This document shows positions 41,100 through 53,200 of a stretch of DNA of 64,000 nucleotides, one piece after another. The DNA comes from Eledone cirrhosa (Eukaryota), in NCBI GenBank assembly GCA_964016885.1, contig OZ024742.1, forward strand, positions 166,470,001-166,534,000, read 5' to 3'. The first letter of the stretch is position 1; each line of letters begins with the position of its first letter. Made by a program: the position numbers and the translations under genes. The notes beneath the pieces are model-generated. The model was not told where the DNA came from. It searched no databases and saw nothing but the letters and a program-made list of their open reading frames with translations.

Positions 41100-44000
41100 A
41101 AATCAGGGGGAGATAATTAGTAAAAAAAATCAAGGGGAGATAATTTCCAGCCGTCCAAGGGGAGGTAATATCTAGCCGTCCAAGGGGAGATAATTTCCAG
41201 CCGTCCAAGGGGAGATAATTTCCAGCCGTCCAAGGGTAGATAATATCCAGCCGTCCAAGTAGACATATTTTCCAGCCGTCCAAGGAGAGGTAATTTCTAG
41301 CCGTCCAAGGGGAGATAAATTCCAGCCTCCAAGGGGAGATAATTTCTAGCCAGCCAAGGGGAGATAATTTGTAAAAAAATCAGGGGGAGATAATTTGTAA
41401 AAAAAATCAGGGGGAGATAATTTGTAAAAAAAAATCAGGGGGAGATAATTTGTAAAAAAAAATCAGGGGGAGATAATTTGTAAAAAAAAATCAGGGGGAG
41501 ATAATTTTTAAAAAAAAATCAGGGGGAGATAATTTGTAAAAAAAATCAAGGGGAGATAATTTCCAGCCGTCCAAGGGGAGATAATTTCCAGCCGTCCAAG
41601 GGGAGGTAATATCTAGCCGTCCAAGGGGAGATAATTTCCAGCCGTCCAAGAGGAGATAATTTCCAGCCGTCCAAGGGTAGATAATATCCAGCCGTCCAAG
41701 GAGACATATTTTCCAGCCGTCCAAGGAGAGGTAATTTCTAGCCGTCGAAGGGGAGATAAATTCCAGCCTCCAAGGGGAGATAATTTGTAAAAAAAATCAG
41801 GGGGAGATAATTTGTAAAAAAAATCAGGGGGAGATAATTTGTAAAAAAAAATCAGGGGGAGATAATTTGTAAAAAAAATCAGGGGGAGATAATTTGTAAA
41901 AACAAATCAAGGGGAGATAATTTCCAGCCGTCCAAGGGGAGATAATTTTCAGCCGCCCAAGGGGAGATAATTTCCCGCCAGCCAAGGGAAGATAATATTT
42001 AAAAAATCAGGCGGAGATAATTTGTAAAAAAAATCAGGGGGAGATAATTTGTAAAAAAATCAGGGGGAGATAATTTGTAAAAAAAAAATCAGGGGGAGAT
42101 AATTTGTAAAAAAAATCCGGGGGAGATGATTTGTAAAAAAAATCAGGGGTAGATAATTTGTAAAAAAAAATCAGGGGGAGATAATTTGTAAAAAAAAATC
42201 AGGGGGCGATAATTTGTAAGAAAAATCAAGAGGAGATAATTTCCAGCCGTCCAAGGGGAGATAATTTTCAGCCGTCCAAGGGGAGATAATTTCCAGCCGT
42301 CCAAGGGGAGATAATTTCCATCCTTCCAAGGGGAGATAATTTCCAGCCGTCCAAGGGGAGATAATTTCCCGCCAACCAAGGGAAGATAATTTTTAAAAAA
42401 ATCAGGCGGAGATTTTAAAAAAAATCAGGGGGAGATAATTTGTAAAAAAATCAGGGGGAGATAATTTGTAAAAAAAAAATCAGGGGGAGATAATTTGTAA
42501 AAAAAATCAGGGGGAGATAATTTGTAAAAAAAAATCAAGGGGAGATAATTTGTACAAAAAATCAGGGGTATATAATTTGTAAAAAAAAATCAGGGGGAGA
42601 TAATTTGTAAAAAAAAATCAGGGGGAGATAATTTGTAAAAAAAATCAAGGGGAGATAATTTGCAGCCGTCCAAGGGGAGATAATTTTCAGCCGTCCAAGG
42701 AGAGGTAATTTCTAGCCGTCCAAGGTGAGATAATATCCAGCCGTCCAAGGGGAGATAATTTCCAGCCGTCCAAGGGGAGATAATTTAAAAAAAAAAACAG
42801 GCGAAGATAATTTGTAAAAAAAAAATCAGGGGGAGATAATTTGTAAAAAAAAATCAGGGGGAGATAATTTGTAAAAAAAATCAGGGGGAGGTAATTTGTA
42901 AAAAAATTCAAGGGGAGATAATTTCCAGCCGTCCAAGGGAAGATAATTTCCAGCCCTCCAAGGGGCTATAATTTCCAGCGTCCAAGGGGAGATAATTTCC
43001 AGCCAGCGAAGGGGAGATAATTTTTTTTTTTTTAAATCAGGGGGACATAATTTGTAAAAAAAATCAGGGGGAGATAATTTGTAAAAAAAATCAAGGGGAG
43101 ATAATTTGTAAAAAAAAATCAGGGGGAGATAATTTGTAAAAAAAAATCAGGGGGAGATAATTTGTAAAAAAAATTAAGGGGAGATAATTTGTAAAAAAAA
43201 ATCAAGGGGAGATAATTTCCAGCCGTCCAAGGAGAGGTAATTTCTAGACGTCCAAGGGGAGATAATTTCCAGCCGTCCAAGGGGAGATAATTTCCAGCCG
43301 TCCAAGGGTAGATAATATCCAGCCGTCCAAGGAGACATATTTTCCAGCTTTCCAAGGAGAGGTAATTTCTAGCCGTCCAAGGGGAGATAAATTCCAGCCT
43401 CCAAGGGGAGATAATTTCCAGCCAGCCAAGAGGAGATAATTTGTAAAAAAAATCAGGGGGAGATAATTTGTAAAAAAAATCAGGGGGAGATAATTTGTAA
43501 AAAAAATCAGGGGGAGATAATTTCCAGCCGTCCAAGGGGAGATAATTTTCAGCCGTCCAAGGGGAGATAATTTCCCGCCAGCCAAGGGAAGATAATATTT
43601 AAAAAATGAGGCGGAGATAATTTGTAAAAAAAATCAGGGGGAGATAATTTGTAAAAAAATCAGGGGGAGATAATTTGTAAAAAAAAAATCAGGGGGAGAT
43701 AATTTGTAAAAAAAATCAGGGGGAGATAATTTGTAAAAAAAAATCAGGGGTAGATAATTTGTAAAAAAAAATCAGGGGGAGATAATTTGTAAAAAAAATC
43801 AGGGGGAGATAATTTATAAAAAAAATCAAGGGGAGATAATTTCCAGCCGTCCAAGGGAAGATAATTTCAAGCCCTCCAAGGGGCTATAATTTCCAGTGTC
43901 CAAGGGGAGATAATTTCCAGCCAGCGAAGGGGAGATAATTTTTTTTTAAAAATCAGGGGGAGATTTGTAAAAAAAATCAGGGGGAGATAATTTGTAAAAA

Positions 44001-46700
44001 AAATCAAAGGGAGATAATTTCCAGCCGTCCAAAGAGATAATTTCTAGCCGTCCAAGGGGAGATAATTTCGAGCCAAGGGGAGATAATTTCCAGCCGTCCA
44101 AGGGGAGATAATTTTTTAAAAAATCAGGTGGAGATAATTTGTAAAAAAAATCAGGGGGAGATAATTTGTAAAAACAAAATCAAGGGCAGATAATTTCCAG
44201 CTGTCCAAGGGGAGATAATTTCCAGCCGTGCAAGGGGAGATAATTTCCAGCCGTCCAAGGGGAGATAATTTCCATCCTTCCAAGGGGAGATAATTTCCAG
44301 CCGTCCAAGGGGAGATAATTTCCCGCCAGCCAAGGGAAGATAATTTTTTAAAAAATCAGGCGGAGATTGTAAAAAAAATCAGGGGGAGATAATTTGTAAA
44401 AAAATCAGGGGGAGATAATTTGTAAAAAAATCAAGGGGAGATAATTTCCAGCTGTCCAAGGGGAGGTAATATCTAGCCGTCCAAGGGGAGATAATTTCCA
44501 GCCGTCCAAGGGGAGATAATTTCCAGCCGTCCAAGGGTAGATAATATCCAGCCGTCCAAGGAGACATATTTTCCAGCCGTCCAAAGAGAGGTAATTTCTA
44601 GCCGTCCAAGTGGAGATAAATTCCAGCCTCCAAGGGGAGATAATTTCCAGCCAGCCAAGGGGAGATAATTTGTAAAAAAATCAGGGGGAGATAATTTGTA
44701 AAAAAAATCAGGGGGAGATAATTTGTAAAAAAAAATCAGGGGGAGATAATTTGTAAAAAAAATCAGGGGGAGATAATTTGTAAAAAAAATCAAGGGGAGA
44801 TAATTTCCAGCCGTCCAAGGGGAGATAATTTTCAGCCGTCCAAGGGGAGATAATTTCCCGCCAGCCAAGGGAAGATAATATTTAAAAAATGAGGCGGAGA
44901 TAATTTGTAAAAAAAAATCAGGGGTAGATAATTTGTAAAAAAAATCAGGGGGAGATAATTTGTAAAAAAAATCACGGGGAGATAATTTCCAGCCGTCCAA
45001 GGAGAGATAATTTTTAAAAAAAATCAGGCGGAGATAATTTGTAAAAAAAAAATCAGGGGGAGATAATTTGTAAAAAAAAATCAGGGGGAGATAATTTGTA
45101 AAAAAAATCAAGGGGAGATAATTTCCAGCCGTCCAAGGGGAGATAATTTTCAGCCGTCCAAGGGGAGATAATTTCCAGCCGTCCAAGGGGAGATAATTTT
45201 AAAAAAAAATCAGGGGGAGATAATTTGTAAAAAAAAAATCAGGGGGAGATAATTTGTAAAAAAAAATCAGGGGGAGATAATTTGTAAAAAAAATCAAGGG
45301 GAGATAATTTGCAACCGTCAAAGGGGACATAATTTTCAGTCGTCCAAGGAGAGGTAATTTCTAGCCGTACAAGGGGAGATAATTTCCAGCCCTCCAAGGG
45401 GAGATAATTTCCAGCCGTCCAAGGGGAAATAATTTTTTTTTAAAAATCAGGCGGAGATAATTTGTAAAAAAAAAATCAGGGGGAGATAATTTGTAAAAAA
45501 AAATCAGGGGGAGATAATTTGTAAAAAAAAATCAGGGGGAGATAATTTGTAAAAAAAATCAAGGGGAGATAATTTCCAGCCGTCCAAGGGAAGATAATTT
45601 CCAGCCCTCCAAGGGGCTATAATTTCCAGCGTCCAAGGGGAGATAATTTCCAGCCAGCGAAGGGGAGATAATTGTTTTAAAAAAATCATTGGGAGATTTG
45701 TAAAAAAAATCAGGGGGAGATAATTAATAAAAAAAATCAAGGGGAGATAATTTCCAGCCGTCCAAGGGGAGGTAATATCTAGCCGTCCAAGGGGAGATAA
45801 TTTCCAGCCGTCCAAGGGGAGATAATTTCCAGCCGTCCAAGGGTAGATAATATCCAGCCGTCCAAGGAGACATATTTTCCAGCCGTCCAAGGAGAGGTAA
45901 TTTCTAGCCGTCCAAGGGGAGATAAATTCCAGCCTCCAAGGGGAGATAATTTCCAGCCAGCCAAGGGGAGATAATTTGTAAAAAAAATCAGGGGTAGATA
46001 ATTTGTAAAAAAAAATCAGGGGGAGATAATTTGTAAAAAAAAATCAGGGGGAGATAATTTGTAAAAAAAAATCAAGGGGAGATAATTTCCAGCCGTCCAA
46101 GGAGAGATAATTTTAAAAAAAAATCAGGCGGAGATAATTTGTAAAAAAAAATCAGGGGGAGATAATTTGTAAAAAAAAATCAGGGGGAGATAATTTGTAA
46201 AAAAAATCAAGGGGAGATAATTTCCAGCCGTCCAAGGGGAGATAATTTCCAGCCGTCCAAGGGGAGATAATTTTTTTAAAAAAATCAGGCGGAGATAATT
46301 TGTAAAAAAAATCAGGGGGAGATAATTTGTAAAAAAAAATCAGGGGGAGATAATTTGTAAAAAAAAATCAGGGGGAGATAATTTCCAGCCGTCCAAGGTA
46401 AGATAATTTCCAGCCCTCCAAGGGGCTATAATTTCCAGCCGTCCAAGGGTAGATAATATCCAGCCGTCCAAGTAGACATATTTTCCAGCCGTCCAAGGAG
46501 AGGTAATTTCTAGCCGTCCAAGGGGAGATAAATTCCAGCCTCCAAGGGGAGATAATTTCCAGCCAGCCAAGGGGAGATAATTTGTAAAAAAATCAGGTGG
46601 AGATAATTTGTAAAAAAAATCAGGGGGAGATAATTTGTAAAAAAAAATCAGGGGGAGATAATTTGTAAAAAAAATCAGGGGGAGATAATTTGTAAAAAAA
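41100..46700 (+). repeat. Homolog of ~28.0-33.6 kb (offset ~13,058-13,136) and of ~54.4-60.1 kb; related to ~1.2-6.7 kb
   Basis: ORF offsets are 29062/42143 = 13081, 31389/44473 and 32420/45504 = 13084, and 33282/46340 = 13058. Shared variants are ATCACGGGG, GTCAAAGGGGACAT and GGGGAAATAAT. Confidence 0.87.
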
Positions 46701-46749
46701 AATCAGGGGGAGATAATTTGTAAAAAAATTCAAGGGGAGATAATTTCCA

Positions 46750-49700
46750 GCCGTCCAAGGGGAGATAATTTCCAGCCGTCCAAGGGGAGATAATTTCCAT
46801 CCTTCCAAGGGGAGATAATTTCCAGCCGTCCAAGGGGAGATAATTTTCAGCCGTCCAAGGGGAGATAATTTCCCGCCAGCCAAGGGAAGATAATATTTTA
46901 AAAAATCAGGCGGAGATAATTTGTAAAAAAAAAATCAGGGGGAGATAATTTGTAAAAAAAATCAGGGGGAGATAATTTGTAAAAAAAAATCAGGGGTAGA
47001 TAATTTGTAAAAAAAAATCAGGGGGAGATAATTTGTAAAAAAAAATCAGGGGGAGATAATTTGTAAAAAAAATAAGGGGGAGATAATTTGTAAAAAAAAA
47101 TCAGGGGGAGATAATTTCCGGCCGTCCAAGGGGAGATAATTTTCAGCCGTCCAAGGGGAGATAATTTCCCGCCAGCCAAGGGAAGATAATATTTAAAAAA
47201 ATCAGGCGGAGATAATTTGTAAAAAAAATCAGGGGGAGATAATTTGTAAAAAAATCAGGGGGAGATAATTTGTAAAAAAAATCAAGGGGAGATAATTTCC
47301 AGCCGTCCAAGGGGAGGTAATATCTAGCCGTCCAAGGGGAGATAATTTCCAGCCGTCCAAGAGGAGATAATTTCCAGCCGTCCAAGGGTAGATAATATCC
47401 AGCCGTCCAAGGAGACATATTTTCCAGCCGTCCAAGGAGAGGTAATTTCTAGCCGTCCAAGGGGAGATAAATTCCAGCCTCCAAGGGGAGATAATTTCCA
47501 GCCAGCCAAGGGGAGATAATTTGTAAAAAAAATCAGGGGGAGATAATTTGTAAAAAAAATCAGGGGGAGATAATTTGTAAAAAAATCAGAGGGAGATAAT
47601 TTGTAAAAAAAAAATCAGGGGGAGATAATTTGTAAAAAAAATCAGGGGGAGATGATTTGTAAAAAAAAATCAGGGGTAGATAATTTGTAAAAAAAAATCA
47701 GGGGGAGATAATTTGTAAAAAAAAATCAGGGGGAGATAATTTGTAAAAAAAATCAAGGGGAGATAATTTCCAGCCGTCGAAGGGAAGATAATTTCCAGCC
47801 CTCCAAGGGGCTATAATTTCCAGCGTCCAAGGGGAGATAATTTCCAGCCGTCCAAGGGGAGATAATTTCCAGCCGTCCAAGGGTAGATAATATCCAGCCG
47901 TCCAAGTAGACATTTTCCAGCCGTCCAAGGAGAGGTAATTTCTAGCCGTCCAAGGGGAGATAAATTCCAGCCTCCAAGGGGAGATAATTTCCAGCCAGCC
48001 AAGGGGAGATAATTTGTAAAAAAATCAGGGGGAGATAATTTGTAAAAAAAATCAGGGGGAGATAATTTGTAAAAAAAAATCAGGGGGAGATAATTTGTAA
48101 AAAAAATCAGGGGGAGATAATTTGTAAAAAAAATCAGGGGGAGATAATTTGTAAAAAAAATCAAGGGGAGATAATTTCCAGCCGTCCAAGGGGAGATAAT
48201 TTTCAGCCGTCCAAGGGGAGATAATTTCCAGCCGTCCAAGGGGAGATAATTTCCATCCTTCCAAGGGGAGATAATTTCCAGCCGTCCAAGGGGAGATAAT
48301 TTTCAGCCGTCCAAGGGGAGATAATTTCCCGCCAGCCAAGGGAAGATAATATTTTAAAAAATCAGGCGGAGATAATTTGTAAAAAAAATCAGGGGGAGAT
48401 AATTTGTAAAAAAATCAGGGGGAGATAATTTGTAAAAAAAAAATCAGGGGGAGATAATTTGTAAAAAAAATCAGGAGGAGATAATTTGTAAAAAAAAATC
48501 AGGGGTAGATAATTTGTAAAAAAAAATCAGGGGGAGATAATTTGTAAAAAAAAAATCAGGGGGAGATAATTTGTAAAAAAAATCAAGGGGAGATAATTTC
48601 CAGCCGTCCAAGGAGAGATAATTTTAAAAAAAAATCAGGCGGAGATAATTTGTAAAAAAAAATCAAGGGGAGATAATTTGTAAAAAAAAATCAAGGGGAG
48701 ATAATTTGTAAAAAAAATCAAGGGGAGATAATTTCCAGCCGTCCAAGGGAAGATAATTTCCAGCACTCCAAGGGGCTATAATTTCCAGTGTCCAAGGGGA
48801 GATAATTTCCAGCCAGAGAAGGGGAGATAATTTTTTTAAAAAAATCAGGGGGAGATATGTAAAAAAAATCAGAGGGAGATAATTTCTAAAAAAAATCAAA
48901 GGGAGATAATTTCCAGCCGTCCAAAGAGAGATAATTTCTAGCCGTCCAAGGGGAGATAATTTCCAGCCAAGGGGAGATAATTTCCAGCCGTCCAAGGGGA
49001 GATAATTATTTAAAAAATCAGGTGGAGATAATTTGTAAAAAAAATCAGGGGGAGATAATTTGTAAAAACAAAATCAAGGGCAGATAATTTCCAGCTGTCC
49101 AAGGGGAGATAATTTCCAGCCGTGCAAGGGGAGATAATTTCCAGCCGTCCAAGGGGAGATAATTTCCATCCTTCCAAGGGGAGATAATGTCCAGCCGTCC
49201 AAGGGGAGATAATTTCCCGCCAGCCAAGGGAAGATAATTTTTAAAAAAATCAGGCGGAGATTGTAAAAAAAATCAGGGGGAGATAATTTGTAAAAAAAAA
49301 ATCAGGGGGAGATAATTTGTAAAAAAAATCAGGGGTAGATAATTTGTAAAAAAAAATCAGGGGGAGATAATTTGTAAAAAAAAATCAGGGGGAGATAATT
49401 TCTAAAAAAATCAAGGGGAGATAATATGCAGCCGTCCAAGGGGAGATAATTTTCAGCCGTCCAAGGAGAGGTAATTTTTGCCGTCCAAGGGGAGATAATT
49501 TCCAGCCGTCCAAGGGGAGATAATTTCCAGCCGTCCAGGGGGAGATAGTTTTTTTTAAAAAATCAGGCGGAGATAATTTGTAAAAAAAAAATCAGGGGGA
49601 GATAATTTGTAAAAAAAAATCAGGGGGAGATAATTTGTAAAAAAAAATCAGGGGGAGATAATTTGTAAAAAAAATCAGGGGGAGATAATTAGTAAAAAAA

Positions 49701-49980
49701 ATCAAGGGGAGATAATTTCCAGCCGTCCAAGGGGAGGTAATATCTAGCCGTCCAAGGGGAGATAATTTCCAGCCGTCCAAGGGGAGATAATTTCCAGCCG
49801 TCCAAGGGTAGATAATATCCAGCCGTCCAAGTAGACATATTTTCCAGCCGTCCAAGGAGAGGTAATTTCTAGCCGTCCAAGGGGAGATAAATTCCAGCCT
49901 CCAAGGGGAGATAATTTCCAGCCAGCCAAGGGGAGATAATTTGTAAAAAAATCAGGGGGAGATAATTTGTAAAAAAAATC
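46750..49980 (+). repeat. Dispersed, slightly more diverged fourth copy of the ~6.9-10.2-kb block
   Basis: ORF offsets are 7356/47143, 7911/47698 and 9258/49045 = 39787, and 9806/49592 = 39786. This copy lacks the GGGGTGATAAT and AAGTGG variants of the three left copies. Confidence 0.85.
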
Positions 49981-50289
49981 AGGGGGAGATAATTTATAAA
50001 AAAAAATCAGGGGGAGATAATTTGTAAAAAAAAATCAGGGGGAGATAATTTGTAAAAAAAATCAGGGGGAGATAATTTGTAAAAAAAAATCAGGGGGAGA
50101 TAATTTGTAAAAAAAAATCAGGGGGAGATAATTTGTAAAAAAAAATCAGGGGGAGATAATTTGTAAAAAAAAATCAGGGGGAGATAATTTGTAAAAAAAA
50201 ATCAGGGGGAGATAATTTGTAAAAAAAAATCAGGGGGAGATAATTTGTAAAAAAAATCAAGGGGAGATAATTTCCAGCCGTCCAAGGGA

Positions 50290-53200
50290 AGATAATTTGT
50301 AAAAAAATCAGGGGGAGATAATTTGTAAAAAAAATCAGGGGGAGATAATTTGTAAAAAAAAATCAGGGGGAGATAATTTGTAAAAAAAAATCAGGGGGAG
50401 ATAATTTGTAAAAAAAAATCAGGGGGAGATAATTTGTAAAAAAAATCAAGGGGAGATAATTTCCAGCCGTCCAAGGGGAGATAATTTTCAGCCGTCCAAG
50501 GGGAGATAATTTCCAGCCGTCCAAGGGGAGATAATTTCCATCCTTCCAAGGGGAGATAATTTCCAGCCTTCCAAGGGGAGATAATTTTCAGCCGTCCAAG
50601 GGGAGATAATTTCCCGCCAGCCAAGGGAAGATAATATTTTAAAAAATCAGCCGGAGATAATTTGTAAAAAAAATCAGGGGGAGATAATTTGTAAAAAAAT
50701 CAGGGGGAGATAATTTGTAAAAAAAAAATCAGGGGGAGATAATTTGTAAAAAAAATCAAGGGGAGATAATTTCCAGCCGTCCAAGGAGAGATAATTTTAA
50801 AAAAAAATCAGGCGGAGATAATTTGTAAAAAAAAATCAAGGGGAGATAATTTGTAAAAAAAAATCAGGGGGAGATAATTTGTAAAAAAAATCAAGGGGAG
50901 ATAATTTCCAGCCGTCCAAGGGAAGATAATTTCCAGCACTCCAAGGGGCTATAATTTCCAGTGTCCAAGGGGAGATAATTTCCAGCCAGCGAAGGGGAGA
51001 TAATTTTTTTTAAAAAATCAGGGGGAGATATGTAAAAAAAATCAGAGGGAGATAATTTCTAAAAAAAATCAAAGGGAGATAATTTCCAGCCGTCCAAAGA
51101 GAGATAATTTCTAGCCGTCCAAGGGGAGATAATTTCCAGCCGTCCAAGGGGAGATAATTATTTAAAAAATCAGGTGGACATAATTTGTAAAAAAAATCAG
51201 GGGGAGATAATTTGTAAAAACAAAATCAAGGGCAGATAATTTCCAGCCGTCCAAGGGGAGATAATTTCCAGCCGTGCAAGGGGAGATAATTTCCAGCCGT
51301 CCAAGGGGAGATAATTTCCATCCTTCCAAGGGGAGATAATCTCCAGCCGTCCAAGGGGAGATAATTTCCCGCCAGCAAAGGGAAGATAATTTTTAAAAAA
51401 ATCAGGCGGAGATTGTAAAAAAAATCAGGGGGAGATAATTTGTAAAAAAATCAGGGGGAGATAATTTGTAAAAAAAAAATCAGGGGAGATAATTTGTAAA
51501 AAAAAATCAGGGGGAGATAATTTGTAAAAAAAAAATCAGGGGGAGATAATTTGTAAAAAAAAATCAAGGGGAGATAATTTGTAAAAAAAATCAGGGGGAG
51601 ATAATTAGTAAAAAAATCAAGGGGAGATAATTTCCAGCCGTCCAAGGGGAGGTAATATCTAGCCGTCCAAGGGGAGATAATTTCCAGCCGTCCAAGGGGA
51701 GATAATTTCCAGCCGTCCAAGGGTGGATAATATCCAGCCGTCCAAGTAGACATATTTTCCAGCCGTCCAAGGAGAGGTAATTTCTAGCCGTCCAAGGGGA
51801 GATAAATTCCAGCCTCCAAGGGGAGATAATTTCCAGCCAGCCAAGGGGAGATAATTTGTAAAAAAATCAGGGGGAGATAATTTGTAAAAAAAATCAGGGG
51901 GAGATAATTTGTAAAAAAAAATCAGGGGGAGATAATTTGTAAAAAAAATCAGGGGGAGATAATTTGTAAAAAAAAATCAGGGGGAGATAATTTGTAAAAA
52001 AAAATCAGGGGGAGATAATTTGTAAAAAAAAATCAGGGGGAGATAATTTGTAAAAAAAATCAAGGGGAGATAATTTCCAGCCGTCCAAGGGGAGATAATT
52101 TCCAGCCGTCCAAGGGGAGGTAATATCTAGCCGTCCAAGGGGAGATAATTTCCAGCCGTCCAAGAGGAGATAATTTCCAGCCGTCCAAGGGAAGATAATT
52201 TCAAGCCCTCCAAGGGGCTATAATTTCCAGTGTCCAAGGGGAGATAATTTCCAGCCAGCGAAGGGGAGATAATTTTTTTTTAAAAATCAGGATGAGATTT
52301 GTAAAAAAAATCAGGGGGAGATAATTTGTAAAAAAAATCAAGGGGAGATAATTTCCAGCCGTCGAAGGGAAGATAATTTCGAGCCCTCCAAGGGGCTATA
52401 ATTTCCAGCGTGCAAGGGGAGATAATTTCCAGCCAGCGAAGGGGAGATAATTTTTAAAAAAAAATCATTGGGAGATTTGTAAAAAAAATCAGGGAGAGAT
52501 AATTTGTAAAAAAAATCAAGGGGAGATAATTTCCAGCCGTCCAAGGGGAGGTAATATCTAGCCGTCCAAGGGGAGATAATTTCCAGCCGTCCAAGGAATG
52601 ATAATTTCCAGCCGTCCAAGGGTAGATAATATCCAGCCGTCCAAGTAGACATTTTCCAGCCGTCCAAGGAGAGGTAATTTCTAGCCGTCCAAGGGGAGAT
52701 AAATTCCAGCCTCCAAGGGGAGATAATTTCCAGCCAGCCAAGGGGAGATAATTTGTAAAAAAATCAGGGGGAGATAATTTGTAAAAAAAATCAGGGGGAG
52801 ATAATTTGTAAAAAAAATCAGGGGGAGATAATTTGTAAAAAAAAATCAGGGGGAGATAATTTGTAAAAAAAAATCAGGGGGAGATAATTTGTAAAAAAAA
52901 TCAAGGGGAGATAATTTCCAGCCGTCCAAGGGGAGATAATTTTCAGCCGTCCAAGGGGAGATAATTTCCAGCCGTCCAAGGGGAGATAATTTCCATCCTT
53001 CCAAGGGGAGATAATTTCCAGCCGTCCAAGGGGAGATAATTTCCCGCCAACCAAGGGAAGATAATTTTTTAAAAAATCAGGCGGAGATTGTAAAAAAAAT
53101 CAGGGGGAGATAATTTGTAAAAAAATCAGGGGGAGATAATTTGTAAAAAAAAATCAGGGGGAGATAATTTGTAAAAAAAATCAGGGGGAGATAATTTGTA

